From Candidatus Methylomirabilia bacterium (GTDB taxonomy: Bacteria; Methylomirabilota; Methylomirabilia; Rokubacteriales; CSP1-6): a stretch of DNA of 53,932 bases. Below are positions 1 to 9,474 of this stretch, piece after piece (within the stretch, counting starts at the first letter, position 1; every line of letters begins with the position of its first letter). Under the pieces are notes generated by a model. That model had not been told where the DNA came from and did no database searches. It was given only the letters and a program-made list of their open reading frames with translations. Position numbers and translations under genes: made by a program. The stretch is from positions 1 through 53,932 of the forward strand of contig JBHIAB010000002.1 of assembly GCA_046758385.1 (NCBI GenBank). The letters are read 5' to 3'.

Positions 1-20
1 GCAACCCTCTGGGGGAGGCT

Positions 21-49
21 TCGGAGGGGGCCGCCGAGACCCCCTCCGA
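21..49. repeat. REP-like GC-rich palindrome, copy 1
   Basis: TCGGAGGGGG-N9-CCCCCTCCGA is a perfect 10-bp stem just past the ABC ATPase stop. The same core recurs at about 26745-26782, 50261-50285 and 53827-53857. Confidence 0.75.
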
Positions 50-54
50 GTCCT

Positions 55-846
55 TTAGAGAACGTCGCCGATAGTGGCCACGAGCTTTTGCCGGTACTCC
101 TTCGCCAGCGCCAGATCGGATCGCGCCTCCCTATCGATGCGCATTTCAGTCAGGACGCGCGCCGGGCGATCTAACGCGATCACGCGGTTCCCCACCTCGA
201 TGGCCTCTTCGATGTTGTGGGTCACGAAGACCACCGTCGTGCCTGCCCGCTTGTGCTCATCGATGGTGGTGACGAGCTGCAAGAAGTCGTTGCGGAGCCT
301 TCGGGCCGTGACCTCGTCAAGGTGCCCGAAGGCCTCGTCCAAGACCAGAATCGACGGATCCAATGCAAAGGCCCTCGCCAAGCTGACCCGTTGCCGCATC
401 CCGCCGGAAAGCTCGTGAGGGTAACGGTTCTCGAAGCTCTCAAGACCGAGCTTGGCCAGCCACTCCCGAGTCAGGTCTTGCCGCGCCTGCTTGCTGTAAC
501 CCAGAATCTCCAACCCTACCGCCGCATTGTCCAGCGCCGTCCGCCACGGCAAGAGCCGATCGGTTTGAAAGACGACGGCGATCTTTCGCTTGAGCTGAGC
601 AAACTCCGCATACGGATCCACGCCGTCAACCTCCACGCGACCCGAGCTCACCGGAATCAGCCCGTTGATGATGTTGAGGCAGGTAGATTTGCCACAGCCG
701 GTGGCACCGATGAGCGCTACACGCTCGCCCTCCCCCACCGCAAAACTCACGCCGTTGACGGCTACAAACTCCTTCTCACGGCCTGACTGTACATCGCGCA
801 CGCGGAAGGCCTTGATCACATTGTCCAGTCGTATCTTCTCGCGCAT
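55..846 (-). CDS. NitT/TauT-family ABC transporter ATP-binding protein
   Basis: Walker A GATGCGKS, signature LSGGM, Walker B LVLDE, H-loop VTH, and the VVFQTDRLLPW motif typical of TauB/SsuB. Confidence 0.95.
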   Translation of the reverse strand: MREKIRLDNVIKAFRVRDVQSGREKEFVAVNGVSFAVGEGERVALIGATGCGKSTCLNIINGLIPVSSGRVEVDGVDPYAEFAQLKRKIAVVFQTDRLLPWRTALDNAAVGLEILGYSKQARQDLTREWLAKLGLESFENRYPHELSGGMRQRVSLARAFALDPSILVLDEAFGHLDEVTARRLRNDFLQLVTTIDEHKRAGTTVVFVTHNIEEAIEVGNRVIALDRPARVLTEMRIDREARSDLALAKEYRQKLVATIGDVL

Positions 847-856
847 GACAACCTGG

Positions 857-1627
857 CTACAAAAGCTCCTTCGGCCTCCACTTCAACAGGTGGCTCTCGG
901 AGGTCTCAATCAAAGCTTCCAAAATAAGCACAAAGACCACGAGGAGGATAGTCCACGCGTAAATGAACTCGATTTCGAAGAATTCCTGCGCCAGCTGGAG
1001 CTGCGCGCCGACCCCCACCGCTGCCCCCACCAATTCGGCAATGATGACGATTCGGGTGGCATAGCCCAGGACCACCTTGGTCGTCGTGAGCACATGGGGG
1101 GTGACGAACGGGATGATCAGGATGCGAACCAGCTGCATCTTTCCGGGGCGAAACGACTTCACCATTTCCACGTAATCACGCGGAACTCCCTTGATCCCGT
1201 CGAGGACGTTCATGGCGTAGAACGGAAAGCTCGTAATCAGGATCACAAACAAGATCCGGAACTCGATATTGCCGAACCAGATCACGGCAATCAGCACCCA
1301 GCACAGGCCTGGTACGCCGATGATCAGCTTAATCAGCGTCGTCGAGCTGCGCTCGATCCGTTCCGAAAACGCCGTTACGATGCCCCAGGTCACCCCCACC
1401 ACAAAGGCCAGCGTCAATCCCTCGACGATTCGGATGAGGGTGCGGAGGAAATGCATGTATTCGGTGGCCATGATATCGCGCAGAGCCTTGAGGATGGCGT
1501 AGAGGCCAGGGGCGATAAAAGGCGGCAGGGTAAGGAACGGGAGGCTCGGCGGCTCAGCGGACACCACCTGAAACAGCAGTAGGAACCCTAGGACCGGATA
1601 GATCTCGTGCCGAGTTGGCAGCCTCAT
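857..1627 (-). CDS. NitT/TauT-family ABC transporter permease
   Basis: Several hydrophobic helices, an EAA-like loop (DGIKGVPRDYVEMVKSF), and position between the substrate-binding protein and the ATPase. Confidence 0.9.
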   Translation of the reverse strand: MRLPTRHEIYPVLGFLLLFQVVSAEPPSLPFLTLPPFIAPGLYAILKALRDIMATEYMHFLRTLIRIVEGLTLAFVVGVTWGIVTAFSERIERSSTTLIKLIIGVPGLCWVLIAVIWFGNIEFRILFVILITSFPFYAMNVLDGIKGVPRDYVEMVKSFRPGKMQLVRILIIPFVTPHVLTTTKVVLGYATRIVIIAELVGAAVGVGAQLQLAQEFFEIEFIYAWTILLVVFVLILEALIETSESHLLKWRPKELL

Positions 1628-1648
1628 CTTGGCATCGTTGTTCCCCCG

Positions 1649-2692
1649 CTAGCTCTGGTAAATGATCCCAGGCGGGATGTCCTTCACGAACCCAATCTTC
1701 ACCAGCGCTTGCATGAGCGTCGTCAACATATCCCGCTCTTCATGGGCGGGCTTCGTCGAATACCCCACCCTCCCTGCCAGGAAGGCCGCCTTAATGGGCC
1801 CGGTCCCCTTACCCGTCTTCTTCGCAACGACCTCCAGGGCGGCATCCAGGTTTGTCTTGAAGTAATTGCCCGCCTCCTGATACGTCTTGATCAGCCTGGG
1901 GACGACCTCCGGATGCTTCTTCAGAAAGGCCTCATGGGCATAGAGGACGATGACGTGCGAATCCTTGCCGGTCTTTCGGCGGTAGGCTTCACGCACGTTG
2001 ACCATGATGCGCGCATCTGGGTTCTTGCTCAAAAAGATGGACACTGCGGGCTCCCAGGAGAAGGCCACGTCGACCCTGCCCGCCGCCAGCTGTGTAGGTC
2101 CCCCGCCGGGTCCCTTGACGTTGATCAGCTCCGCGTCTTTCTGGAGATCGATGCCGTACAGCCCGGCCGTGGCCCTGGCGACCAGGAAATTGCCGGATCC
2201 GACGGGAGCCGCGATCTTCTTGCCTCGGAGGCCTTCGATACCGGTGAGTGCCGGATTCCTGGTGAGAAAGAAGGCCGCGGTAGGAGACTGGGTGGCGAAG
2301 ATGGTGGAATCTGCCCCCGCCGCCCGTTCCTTCATGGCGTTGCCGACCCCTCCCACGATGGCATCGAAGCGGCCAACGCGAAAGTCCGCATAGTAGGCCG
2401 GAATGCTGGAGCGCTTGGAGTAGTCGATGCGTAACCCATTTTGCTTGTCAAACCCCTTGTCCGAGATCACCGTGTTGATCATGGACGTGCTGCCGGCTAT
2501 CAGGGTGGGCATCCTGACGGCAATGGTGTCCTCGGCTGCACGTGCCATGCGGGGTCCCCCGGTAGGCATCAGGCTCCCGGCAGCCCACCCCAAGCCAGCA
2601 GCGGCCATCACTTTGAGAGCTGTCCTCCTGTCCACCCCCATGGATTCCAGGTTTTTGAGAGACTTTTCGACGTCGTGCCGTTCTGTCCTCAT
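1649..2692 (-). CDS. NitT/TauT (SsuA/THI5-like) ABC substrate-binding protein with twin-arginine signal
   Basis: ATG at 2692 with SD GGGAGG. Tat motif DRRTALK, then a hydrophobic stretch and an ARA cleavage site. LRGKKIAAP and GRVDVAFSWEP are typical SsuA/TauA-type motifs. Confidence 0.88.
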   Translation of the reverse strand: MRTERHDVEKSLKNLESMGVDRRTALKVMAAAGLGWAAGSLMPTGGPRMARAAEDTIAVRMPTLIAGSTSMINTVISDKGFDKQNGLRIDYSKRSSIPAYYADFRVGRFDAIVGGVGNAMKERAAGADSTIFATQSPTAAFFLTRNPALTGIEGLRGKKIAAPVGSGNFLVARATAGLYGIDLQKDAELINVKGPGGGPTQLAAGRVDVAFSWEPAVSIFLSKNPDARIMVNVREAYRRKTGKDSHVIVLYAHEAFLKKHPEVVPRLIKTYQEAGNYFKTNLDAALEVVAKKTGKGTGPIKAAFLAGRVGYSTKPAHEERDMLTTLMQALVKIGFVKDIPPGIIYQS

Positions 2693-2742
2693 GGCTTTCC
2701 TCCCTAGCACCGCGGGCGGTAAGGTCGCGTGAGTCAAGTGGG

Positions 2743-2771
2743 ATCATAGTCAAAACCCCGCCTGGAGTCAA
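2743..2771 (-). promoter_or_regulatory. sigma70-type promoter of the ABC importer operon
   Basis: Minus strand TTGACT (2771-2766), 17 nt, TATGAT (2748-2743). Confidence 0.75.
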
Positions 2772-3015
2772 ACGAAGGGCTGACTAAGCCCACCGGTGGA
2801 CCGGGGCGGTCAGGGCTCCGCGCCTTCCGGCGGCTCGTGCCGGAAGACGGGGCGACCTCCCACCATGGCGAGCCGGGCCCGAATCCGGGGAATCCGGGGG
2901 CCGTCACTGTCAAGGGCCCCTGAACTCCCACTCATGGGCTGAGCCCTCCGAGCCCTTCCAAATCGTAGCGGTATGACGCAGGGTGAAGAAATGGCCCTGA
3001 TGTGCGCGGAGACGC

Positions 3016-3045
3016 TTGACTCCGCCGGAGGAAATCGTTATGCAT
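3016..3045 (+). promoter_or_regulatory. possible sigma70 promoter of the amidohydrolase/Mo-hydroxylase operon
   Basis: TTGACT at 3016-3021, 17 nt, then a weak -10 (TATGCA). Confidence 0.35.
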
Positions 3046-3146
3046 TACCCACGATGCTTCCGATAGCTCCGGTCGAGAGCGGTCGCATCGCGACCAACGA
3101 GGCGCCGGCCCTGTAGCCGGCGCCGGGAGAGGGGGAGGAGCCACTG

Positions 3147-4148
3147 ATGGCCATCGACGTTCATGCCCACTACATCCCACCGCGCGTGCTTCGGGAGCTG
3201 GAGCGCAATCCGACCTCCTACGGTGTTGGCGTCGAACGCCAGGCCCATGGCGGCGTGCGCCTGCTCTTCCCCGGACAGGGCTACACCAGGCCGGTGCTTC
3301 CTGCGCTGCTCGACCTGGAGCGACGCGTGGACGAGCTCGCCAAGGCCGAGATCCATCATCAGCTGCTCGCCAACTGGATGGATGCCGTGGGATACGCGCT
3401 GCCTCCGGACACCGGTGCACGCTGGAGCCGTCTCTACAATGAGAGCCTGGCGGAGGCGCTGCGCGAACCAGCCGCAGCCGGCCGGTTCAGCGGCGTGGCC
3501 ACGGTGCCACTCCAGGATGGCAAGCGCGCGGCCGACGAGCTGATCCATGCGGTGCAGAGCCTGGGCCTCAAAGGGGTGCAGATCGGCACGAACGTGCTGG
3601 GGAGGAACCTTGACACGGTCGGGCTCGACGCCTTCTGGGAGATGGCCGCCGGGCTCCGCGTGCCCATCATTCTGCACCCGTGGCATGTGGCTGGCGAGGA
3701 GCGCATGCAGCGGCACGGCATGGTCCGCCTAATCGGCTATCCCGCAGATACGACGCTCGCGGCAGCCTCCATCATTTTCGGGGGCATCGCGGATCGCTTT
3801 CCGGATCTTCGTGTGGTGCTGGTTCATGCAGGCGGGTTCTACCCGTACCAGGCGGGCAGACTCCAGCGGGGGCTCACGCTTCAACCCGAGCCGAAGCCAG
3901 CGACTTCCGTGCAGGATTCGTTGCGCTGGTTCAACTACGACACCATCACTCACATGCCGGAAGCGCTGGCTTACCTCGCGGGGCTGGTGGGGATCGAGCG
4001 GATCGTTCTCGGAAGTGATGCACCGTTCGACGTGGGCGATCCCACACCAGTCGCGACCGTTCGGGCGGCCGGTCTCCGGGCCGAGCCCGCGGCAGCGATC
4101 CTCGAGCGGAATGCTGTCACGCTCTTTCGCTTGGATCCCGCGCGGTGA
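3147..4148 (+). CDS. amidohydrolase family 2 protein (ACMSD/LigW-like decarboxylase or hydrolase)
   Basis: N-terminal DVHAH metal motif, ILHP, VHAGG and GSDAPFD. SD GGAGGAG. Confidence 0.9.
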   Translation: MAIDVHAHYIPPRVLRELERNPTSYGVGVERQAHGGVRLLFPGQGYTRPVLPALLDLERRVDELAKAEIHHQLLANWMDAVGYALPPDTGARWSRLYNESLAEALREPAAAGRFSGVATVPLQDGKRAADELIHAVQSLGLKGVQIGTNVLGRNLDTVGLDAFWEMAAGLRVPIILHPWHVAGEERMQRHGMVRLIGYPADTTLAAASIIFGGIADRFPDLRVVLVHAGGFYPYQAGRLQRGLTLQPEPKPATSVQDSLRWFNYDTITHMPEALAYLAGLVGIERIVLGSDAPFDVGDPTPVATVRAAGLRAEPAAAILERNAVTLFRLDPAR

Positions 4149-5023
4149 AACCCGCCCCGTTCCGGTATGTGAAGCCCCGGACCCTCGAGGAAGCGGTTGG
4201 CATTCTGGCAGGGGCCGACGGCGATGCAAAGGTGCTCGCCGGCGGCCAGAGCCTGGTTCCGATGCTCAACATGCGACTCGCGCGCCCCCCCTTGGTCGTG
4301 GACGTCAACGGGCTCCCCGGGCTTGATGCCATCAGACCCACCCCCGACGGCGGTCTCATCGCCGGCGCGCTGGTGCGCCATGCCGACCTCGTGAGCTCAC
4401 CACTGGTGTGGGCGCGCGCGCCGTTACTGGCCGAGGCGGCAAGGCATATCGGATACCCAGCCATTAGAAATCGTGGCACGCTTGGCGGGAGCCTCGCGCA
4501 TGCCGACCCTGCAGCCGAGTTGCCGGCCGCAGTCATGGCCCTCGAGGCGGATCTGACCCTAGTCAGTGCGATGGGCACCCGAACCCTCCCGGCCGCAGCG
4601 TTCTTTCGGGGCGTCCTCACGACGGCGCTTCGCCCCGATGAGTTACTCACCGAAGTGCGCATCCCCGCCGCCGGCGCGGCCTGGGGCTTCGGGGAGTTGG
4701 CGCGACGCCCCGGCGACTATGCGCTTGCCGGCGTGGCCGCCGTGCTTCGGCCCGCGCCGGGTGATCGGCGCCGCTGCGCAGCAGCGCGCCTCGTCGCCTT
4801 CGGCGTCGGGCACGTCCCCGTTCGTCTCCAACCTGCCGAGGCGTCGGTGACAGGCGCGCTGATCGACGCCGGCACCTCGCGACGGGCCGGGCTGGCCGCA
4901 CGCCACGCATGCGAGCCGCCAGAGGATGTCCATGCCTCCGCTGAGTATCGCCGCCATCTCGCGGCGGTCTTGACCGAGCAGGTGCTGCTCGAGGCGATGA
5001 CCCGACTCCTTGGGGCCTGCTGA
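4145..5023 (+). CDS. xanthine dehydrogenase family FAD-binding subunit (CoxM/HmfB-like)
   Basis: AGGQSL and IRNRGTLGGSLAHADPAAE FAD motifs. GTGA overlap with the upstream gene. Confidence 0.95.
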   Translation: MKPAPFRYVKPRTLEEAVGILAGADGDAKVLAGGQSLVPMLNMRLARPPLVVDVNGLPGLDAIRPTPDGGLIAGALVRHADLVSSPLVWARAPLLAEAARHIGYPAIRNRGTLGGSLAHADPAAELPAAVMALEADLTLVSAMGTRTLPAAAFFRGVLTTALRPDELLTEVRIPAAGAAWGFGELARRPGDYALAGVAAVLRPAPGDRRRCAAARLVAFGVGHVPVRLQPAEASVTGALIDAGTSRRAGLAARHACEPPEDVHASAEYRRHLAAVLTEQVLLEAMTRLLGAC

Positions 5024-5529
5024 TGTCGCACGAAGGTCTCGACCGAAGCGTCGTGCGGCTCACCGTCAACGGCCGCGCCGTCGAGCAGTTGGTCGAGGCT
5101 CGGCGTTCCTTGGCGGACTTCCTGCGCGAGGATGTCGGTGTGACCGGGACCCACGTGGGTTGCGAGCATGGCGTATGCGGTGCCTGCACCGTGCTGCTCA
5201 ACGGGCGGAGCGTCAGGAGCTGTCTCCTGTTTGCGGTGCAGCTCGACGGAGCATGCATCACGACCATCGAGGGCCTGACGCCGAGGGAAGGGTTGAGCCC
5301 ACTCCAGCAAGCGTTCCGCGACCGTCACGCGCTCCAGTGCGGGTTCTGCACACCCGGCATGATCATCTCCAGTCACGAGCTGCTGAGCGAGATCCCGAGG
5401 CCGACGGAGGAGGAGATCCGGCACGCGCTGTCCGGGAACCTCTGCATGTGCACCGGCTACGTCAACATCGTCCGGGCGGTGGGGCAAGCGGCGGCGGCTC
5501 TCAGCCGCGACGCCGTTCGCGAGCCATGA
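5023..5529 (+). CDS. xanthine dehydrogenase family 2x[2Fe-2S] subunit (CoxS/HmfC-like)
   Basis: GCEHGVCGACT...C and QCGFCTPG...NLCMCTGY cysteine motifs. Confidence 0.95.
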   Translation: MSHEGLDRSVVRLTVNGRAVEQLVEARRSLADFLREDVGVTGTHVGCEHGVCGACTVLLNGRSVRSCLLFAVQLDGACITTIEGLTPREGLSPLQQAFRDRHALQCGFCTPGMIISSHELLSEIPRPTEEEIRHALSGNLCMCTGYVNIVRAVGQAAAALSRDAVREP

Positions 5530-7922
5530 CGGAACACAGGGCTGGCGGCGGCTGGGTCGGCACGGCCTGCACGGTCAAGGAAGACATACGGTTCGTCACA
5601 GGCCGCGGCCGTTTCATCGATGATCTCACGCGCCCACGGATGCTGCACGCGGCGATGCTCCGAAGCCCACACGCGCACGCTCGCATCATCGCCGTCGAGA
5701 CGCGAGAGGCAGAGGCGCTGCCCGGTGTCTTCGCCGTCCTCACAGGTGCCGAGGCCGCCACGGTTTCAAACCCCATCCGGCCGTTGATCCCGACGGCGGT
5801 GCCCCTACGCGACTACTGTCTCGCCGTCAATCGGGTGCGGTTCATGGGCGAGCCAGTCGCTGCCGTAGCAGCGGTAGATCGTGCGACGGCCGAGGATGCG
5901 CTCGAGCGAATCGTCGTGGAGTACGAGCCGCTGGAGGCGGTGGTCGATCCCGAGGCCGCGATCCGCCAAGATGTGCCGCTGCTCTACCCGGACCTCGGCA
6001 CGAACGTGCTCTGGCACGACACGCTGAGCTACGGTGACGTCGATGGGGCCTTTGCCGAGGCGGACGGCGTGCTGCAGGAGCGCTTCGAGATCCAGCGCTA
6101 TGCGTCGACCCCGCTCGAGACCTTCGGGGGTATCACCGAGTACGACCCGGCCGCCGACGGCTACCAGTTCTGGACCAACGACCAGCGGCCAGGGCTCACC
6201 ATCTCCATCCTCGCCGAGTCGCTCGGGGTGCCACAGTCCCGGCTCCGACTGAGTTGCCCCGACAGCGGCGGCGCCTTCGGGAACAAGCGGCGACCTGCCT
6301 ACCTTCTGGTGTGCGCACTGCTCGCCAAGAAGTCGGGGCGGCCCGTCAAGTGGATCGAGGACCGTCTCGAGAACCTCGGCGCGCTGATGCACGCAGCAGG
6401 CGGGATCATGAATCTGGAGCTGGCCTACCGCGCGGACGGCACGCTCCTCGGGCTTCGCGTGCGCGACATCACCGACGAAGGGAAGAACCTGATATCATCC
6501 ACGCAGCACAATCTCATCAAACTCGGCAATATCGCCAACGGATACCGCATCCCGGCCATCCAGTACGAGGCCTGGTCGGTGCTGACGAACAAGTGCCCGA
6601 GCGGGGCCAACCGCGGCATCGGCAAGCCTTTCATGTGCTTCGCCATCGAGCGGGCCGTGGCGCTCTTGGCACGGCGCCTTGGGCTCGACCCCGTCGAGCT
6701 GAGGCTCCGCAACTACGTGCGCCCCCACGAGATGCCCTACACCACGCCGCCCGGCGCCCAGTACGACAGCGGTGACTATCCCGCGACCCTTCGGAGGGCG
6801 CTGGAACGCTTCGACTACGCGCGGTGGCGCGCCACCCAAGCGGAGGCTCGGCGGGTCGGCCGTCTCCTCGGCATCGGCATCGCGACGTCCGTGGAGCCAG
6901 CTGGGACCAATCTCGCATCGTACGAACTCATCACTGGCCGCCGGACGGTCTCGGGCTCCGCCGAGGCGGCCATGGTGAGGATTGAGCCTGACGGGCACGT
7001 GCGCGCGGCGCTCGGCGATCCGGCGAGCGGCCAGAGCTACGAGACAGTGGTGGCGCAGATCGTCGCCGACGAGTTGGCCCTCAGCCCGGACCGCGTGCAG
7101 GTGGCAGCAGGCTTCGATTCGACCAGCACACCGTGGCTCTACCTCTCGGGCAACTACTCGAACAAGTTCTCGGTGACGGATGTCGGCGCCGTGGTCGGCG
7201 CGGCGCGCAAGGTACGCGACAAGCTCATCCGCCTGGCGGCGCACCGGCTCGAGATCGATCCTGCTGACCTCGAGCTGCGCGATGGGGCGGTTCGCGTCCG
7301 TGGGGTGCCGGGCCGCAGCCTGTCGTTCCAGGAACTCGCGCGGACCGCGTACGCAGACGTGCTGGGGCTCCCGCCTGGCGAGGAGCCAGGGCTCGAGGCG
7401 CGACACGCGCATCAGAACGAGCTAGCCACGCCGGTGGACGCCAGGCGGCGCGTGCGAGCCCAGCTGGTGTTTTCCAATGCCGCGCACTGCTGCCTGGTCG
7501 AGGTCAACGCGAAGACCGGGCTGGTCCGAATCCTCAAGTACGTCGTGGTGCACGACTGCGGCCGGGAGCTGAACCCGCTGATCGTCGAGGGCATGGTGCA
7601 TGGATCCACAGTGCACGGCATCGGCGCGGCGCTCCTGGAGGAGTTCCGCTACGACGAGCGCGGCCAGCTCCTGACCTCCACATTCATGGACTACCTGAAG
7701 CCCACCTCGGCCGATGTGCCCGCCATCGAGGTCGACCGGCTGGAGCACCCGTCGCCGTTCACGCCGCTCGGCGCCAAGGGTGTTGGTGAGGGAGGCGCGA
7801 TCCCGAGCCCGGCGGCGGTCGCCAACGCGGTCGAAGACGCACTGGCGCCTTCCGGCGTCACCATCCGGTCTCTGCCCGTCACACCGGAGCGGGTATGGCG
7901 CTCGATGCAGGCTCCGCCCTAA
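5526..7922 (+). CDS. xanthine dehydrogenase family molybdopterin-binding large subunit (HmfA-like clade; not form I CO dehydrogenase)
   Basis: ATG at 5526 overlaps the coxS-like stop. Motifs [47 protein letters not shown] and catalytic KGVGEGG. Confidence 0.92.
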   Translation: MTEHRAGGGWVGTACTVKEDIRFVTGRGRFIDDLTRPRMLHAAMLRSPHAHARIIAVETREAEALPGVFAVLTGAEAATVSNPIRPLIPTAVPLRDYCLAVNRVRFMGEPVAAVAAVDRATAEDALERIVVEYEPLEAVVDPEAAIRQDVPLLYPDLGTNVLWHDTLSYGDVDGAFAEADGVLQERFEIQRYASTPLETFGGITEYDPAADGYQFWTNDQRPGLTISILAESLGVPQSRLRLSCPDSGGAFGNKRRPAYLLVCALLAKKSGRPVKWIEDRLENLGALMHAAGGIMNLELAYRADGTLLGLRVRDITDEGKNLISSTQHNLIKLGNIANGYRIPAIQYEAWSVLTNKCPSGANRGIGKPFMCFAIERAVALLARRLGLDPVELRLRNYVRPHEMPYTTPPGAQYDSGDYPATLRRALERFDYARWRATQAEARRVGRLLGIGIATSVEPAGTNLASYELITGRRTVSGSAEAAMVRIEPDGHVRAALGDPASGQSYETVVAQIVADELALSPDRVQVAAGFDSTSTPWLYLSGNYSNKFSVTDVGAVVGAARKVRDKLIRLAAHRLEIDPADLELRDGAVRVRGVPGRSLSFQELARTAYADVLGLPPGEEPGLEARHAHQNELATPVDARRRVRAQLVFSNAAHCCLVEVNAKTGLVRILKYVVVHDCGRELNPLIVEGMVHGSTVHGIGAALLEEFRYDERGQLLTSTFMDYLKPTSADVPAIEVDRLEHPSPFTPLGAKGVGEGGAIPSPAAVANAVEDALAPSGVTIRSLPVTPERVWRSMQAPP

Positions 7923-7991
7923 CGCAGATTGGGCGACAGAGACAGGGAGAGCCTTTGAGCTGCCTCCCGTCGTGGGGCTATTCGGGCTAAA

Positions 7992-9425
7992 TCAGGACAC
8001 GAGCACCCGGCTGACGAAGTCGCGCGCCCAGGCCATCTTACCCGGCTCCATGGAGAGCTTCTCCGCGAACGGTTCTCCGAATGGCCTCGTGGCATCGATA
8101 CCGATCTTCGCCGTCAGCCCCCGCTTGCTGGCGGAGGGATCCAACATGGCGCCGAGGCTGTCGGAGATGATCACGAGGTCTCGATCCGCCCGCATCCGGG
8201 TCGCCAGGGCCCAGAACACGTCAGCCTCATCGAAGACGTCGATGTCGTCGTCCACGATCACGACGACCTTCAAGTAGTGATCTACCCCGAGCACGATGGG
8301 GATCGCGTGCTTGGCTTCCCCCGGCCGGCTCTGGGCAATGGAGACGAACGCGGTGAACGCCGCACCCCCTGAGGCAGGCACGTGCACGGCGGTGACATTC
8401 GGGACGACCCGGCTCAGCGCGCTCTTGATCTCGACCTCGCGGAGGACGCCGAGCGGCGAGATGTGGTCGGGCGCTCGACCCGAGCTGATGGACTGAAACC
8501 ACGGCCGGTCCCGCACGGACAGAGCCCTGGCGACAAAGACGTGCTCGGTGCTCCGCCTGGAGAAGTAGCCGGTGAACTCCCCAAAGGGGCCCTCGGGTTC
8601 TCTGACTCCGGCCAGGATCTCACCCTCGATGACGATCTCCCCCCAAGCGGGGATCAGCAGGTCAACGGTCGCGCACCTGGCGACCTCCATCGGCTCCTGG
8701 AACAACCCTCCCATCACCTCGAACTTCGAGATTTCGGGGGATGGGTACGAGAGCGCACCCAGGCTGACGAGCGGGTGAAGCCCGATGACGAGCGCACATT
8801 CGAGATTTTTCCCCCCAGCCTCCGCGCGCCGCTGATACTCGTACATCCGCCGACGAGAGTGCAGGCTCACGCCCATTCGACGTCTGTCCCTCACCTGAAA
8901 GCGGTGATAGCCCGCGGTCTCGACCCCGGTGTCCGGATCTTTGGCTACGGCCAGCGCGGCGGTGAGATAGGGGCTTGCATCGCCGGGATAGTAAGTCGGA
9001 ATGGGGAGCTGGCCGAGCAGGTCTACCCGGTCGCCGGTGAGGATGGTGTGGCGGAACGGAGGATCGTCCACCACCACAGGTTTCAGGTGCTGCTTGAGAC
9101 GGCCAGCGCATGTGGCCGACATCTGCGGCTCCGCGACTCCCAAAGCGTGGGCGTAGACACGCCGACTGGCCATGACATTGGAGATTACCGAGATGTCGTA
9201 GCCTTCGAGTTTCTCGAAGAGGAGAATGGGAAAGCGGCGCCGGCGCTCCAGCTCCAGCGCAATGGCCTGGAGGTCGAACCTGAGGTTGACCGGCTCGGTC
9301 ACCCGGATGAACTCACCCGGGTAGGCCGTGCCGTAGTCTTCCGCAAACGATCGGAGATCCTGTCTGGGACTTCTCACGCTGGCACCAGGCTCTTTGATGA
9401 GCCGTCGCGATGTGAGTCGAGCCAT
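7992..9425 (-). CDS. UbiD-family (prFMN-dependent) decarboxylase
   Basis: QDLRSF at the N-terminus, catalytic EGPFGEFTGY, and C-terminal DPS...AKIGIDAT. The start is uncertain because there is no clear SD. Confidence 0.92.
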   Translation of the reverse strand: MARLTSRRLIKEPGASVRSPRQDLRSFAEDYGTAYPGEFIRVTEPVNLRFDLQAIALELERRRRFPILLFEKLEGYDISVISNVMASRRVYAHALGVAEPQMSATCAGRLKQHLKPVVVDDPPFRHTILTGDRVDLLGQLPIPTYYPGDASPYLTAALAVAKDPDTGVETAGYHRFQVRDRRRMGVSLHSRRRMYEYQRRAEAGGKNLECALVIGLHPLVSLGALSYPSPEISKFEVMGGLFQEPMEVARCATVDLLIPAWGEIVIEGEILAGVREPEGPFGEFTGYFSRRSTEHVFVARALSVRDRPWFQSISSGRAPDHISPLGVLREVEIKSALSRVVPNVTAVHVPASGGAAFTAFVSIAQSRPGEAKHAIPIVLGVDHYLKVVVIVDDDIDVFDEADVFWALATRMRADRDLVIISDSLGAMLDPSASKRGLTAKIGIDATRPFGEPFAEKLSMEPGKMAWARDFVSRVLVS

Positions 9426-9474
9426 GCACGGGAGCGACTGCACCACCCCGCTCGACGCGGAGATAGTCGCTCAT
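9313..9474 (-). pseudogene. possible N-terminal remnant of an enoyl-CoA hydratase/crotonase gene
   Basis: ATG at 9474 forms an ATGA overlap with the upstream stop and reads MSDYLRVERGGAVA, like crotonase N-termini. The frame then loses similarity and overlaps ubiD out of frame. Confidence 0.4.

Noticed and set aside
2874-2900. GAATCCGGGG direct repeat in the divergent intergenic region
   Set aside because: Only two adjacent copies in GC-rich DNA with no supporting context.
5010-5525. N-terminal 172 aa of the 970-aa ORF
   Set aside because: It overlaps the Fe-S subunit out of frame. The real start is the coupled ATG at 5526.
5526-7922. Aerobic CO dehydrogenase (coxMSL + coxG)
   Set aside because: The form I AYxCSFR motif is absent (GANRGIGK instead), and there are no coxDEF genes.
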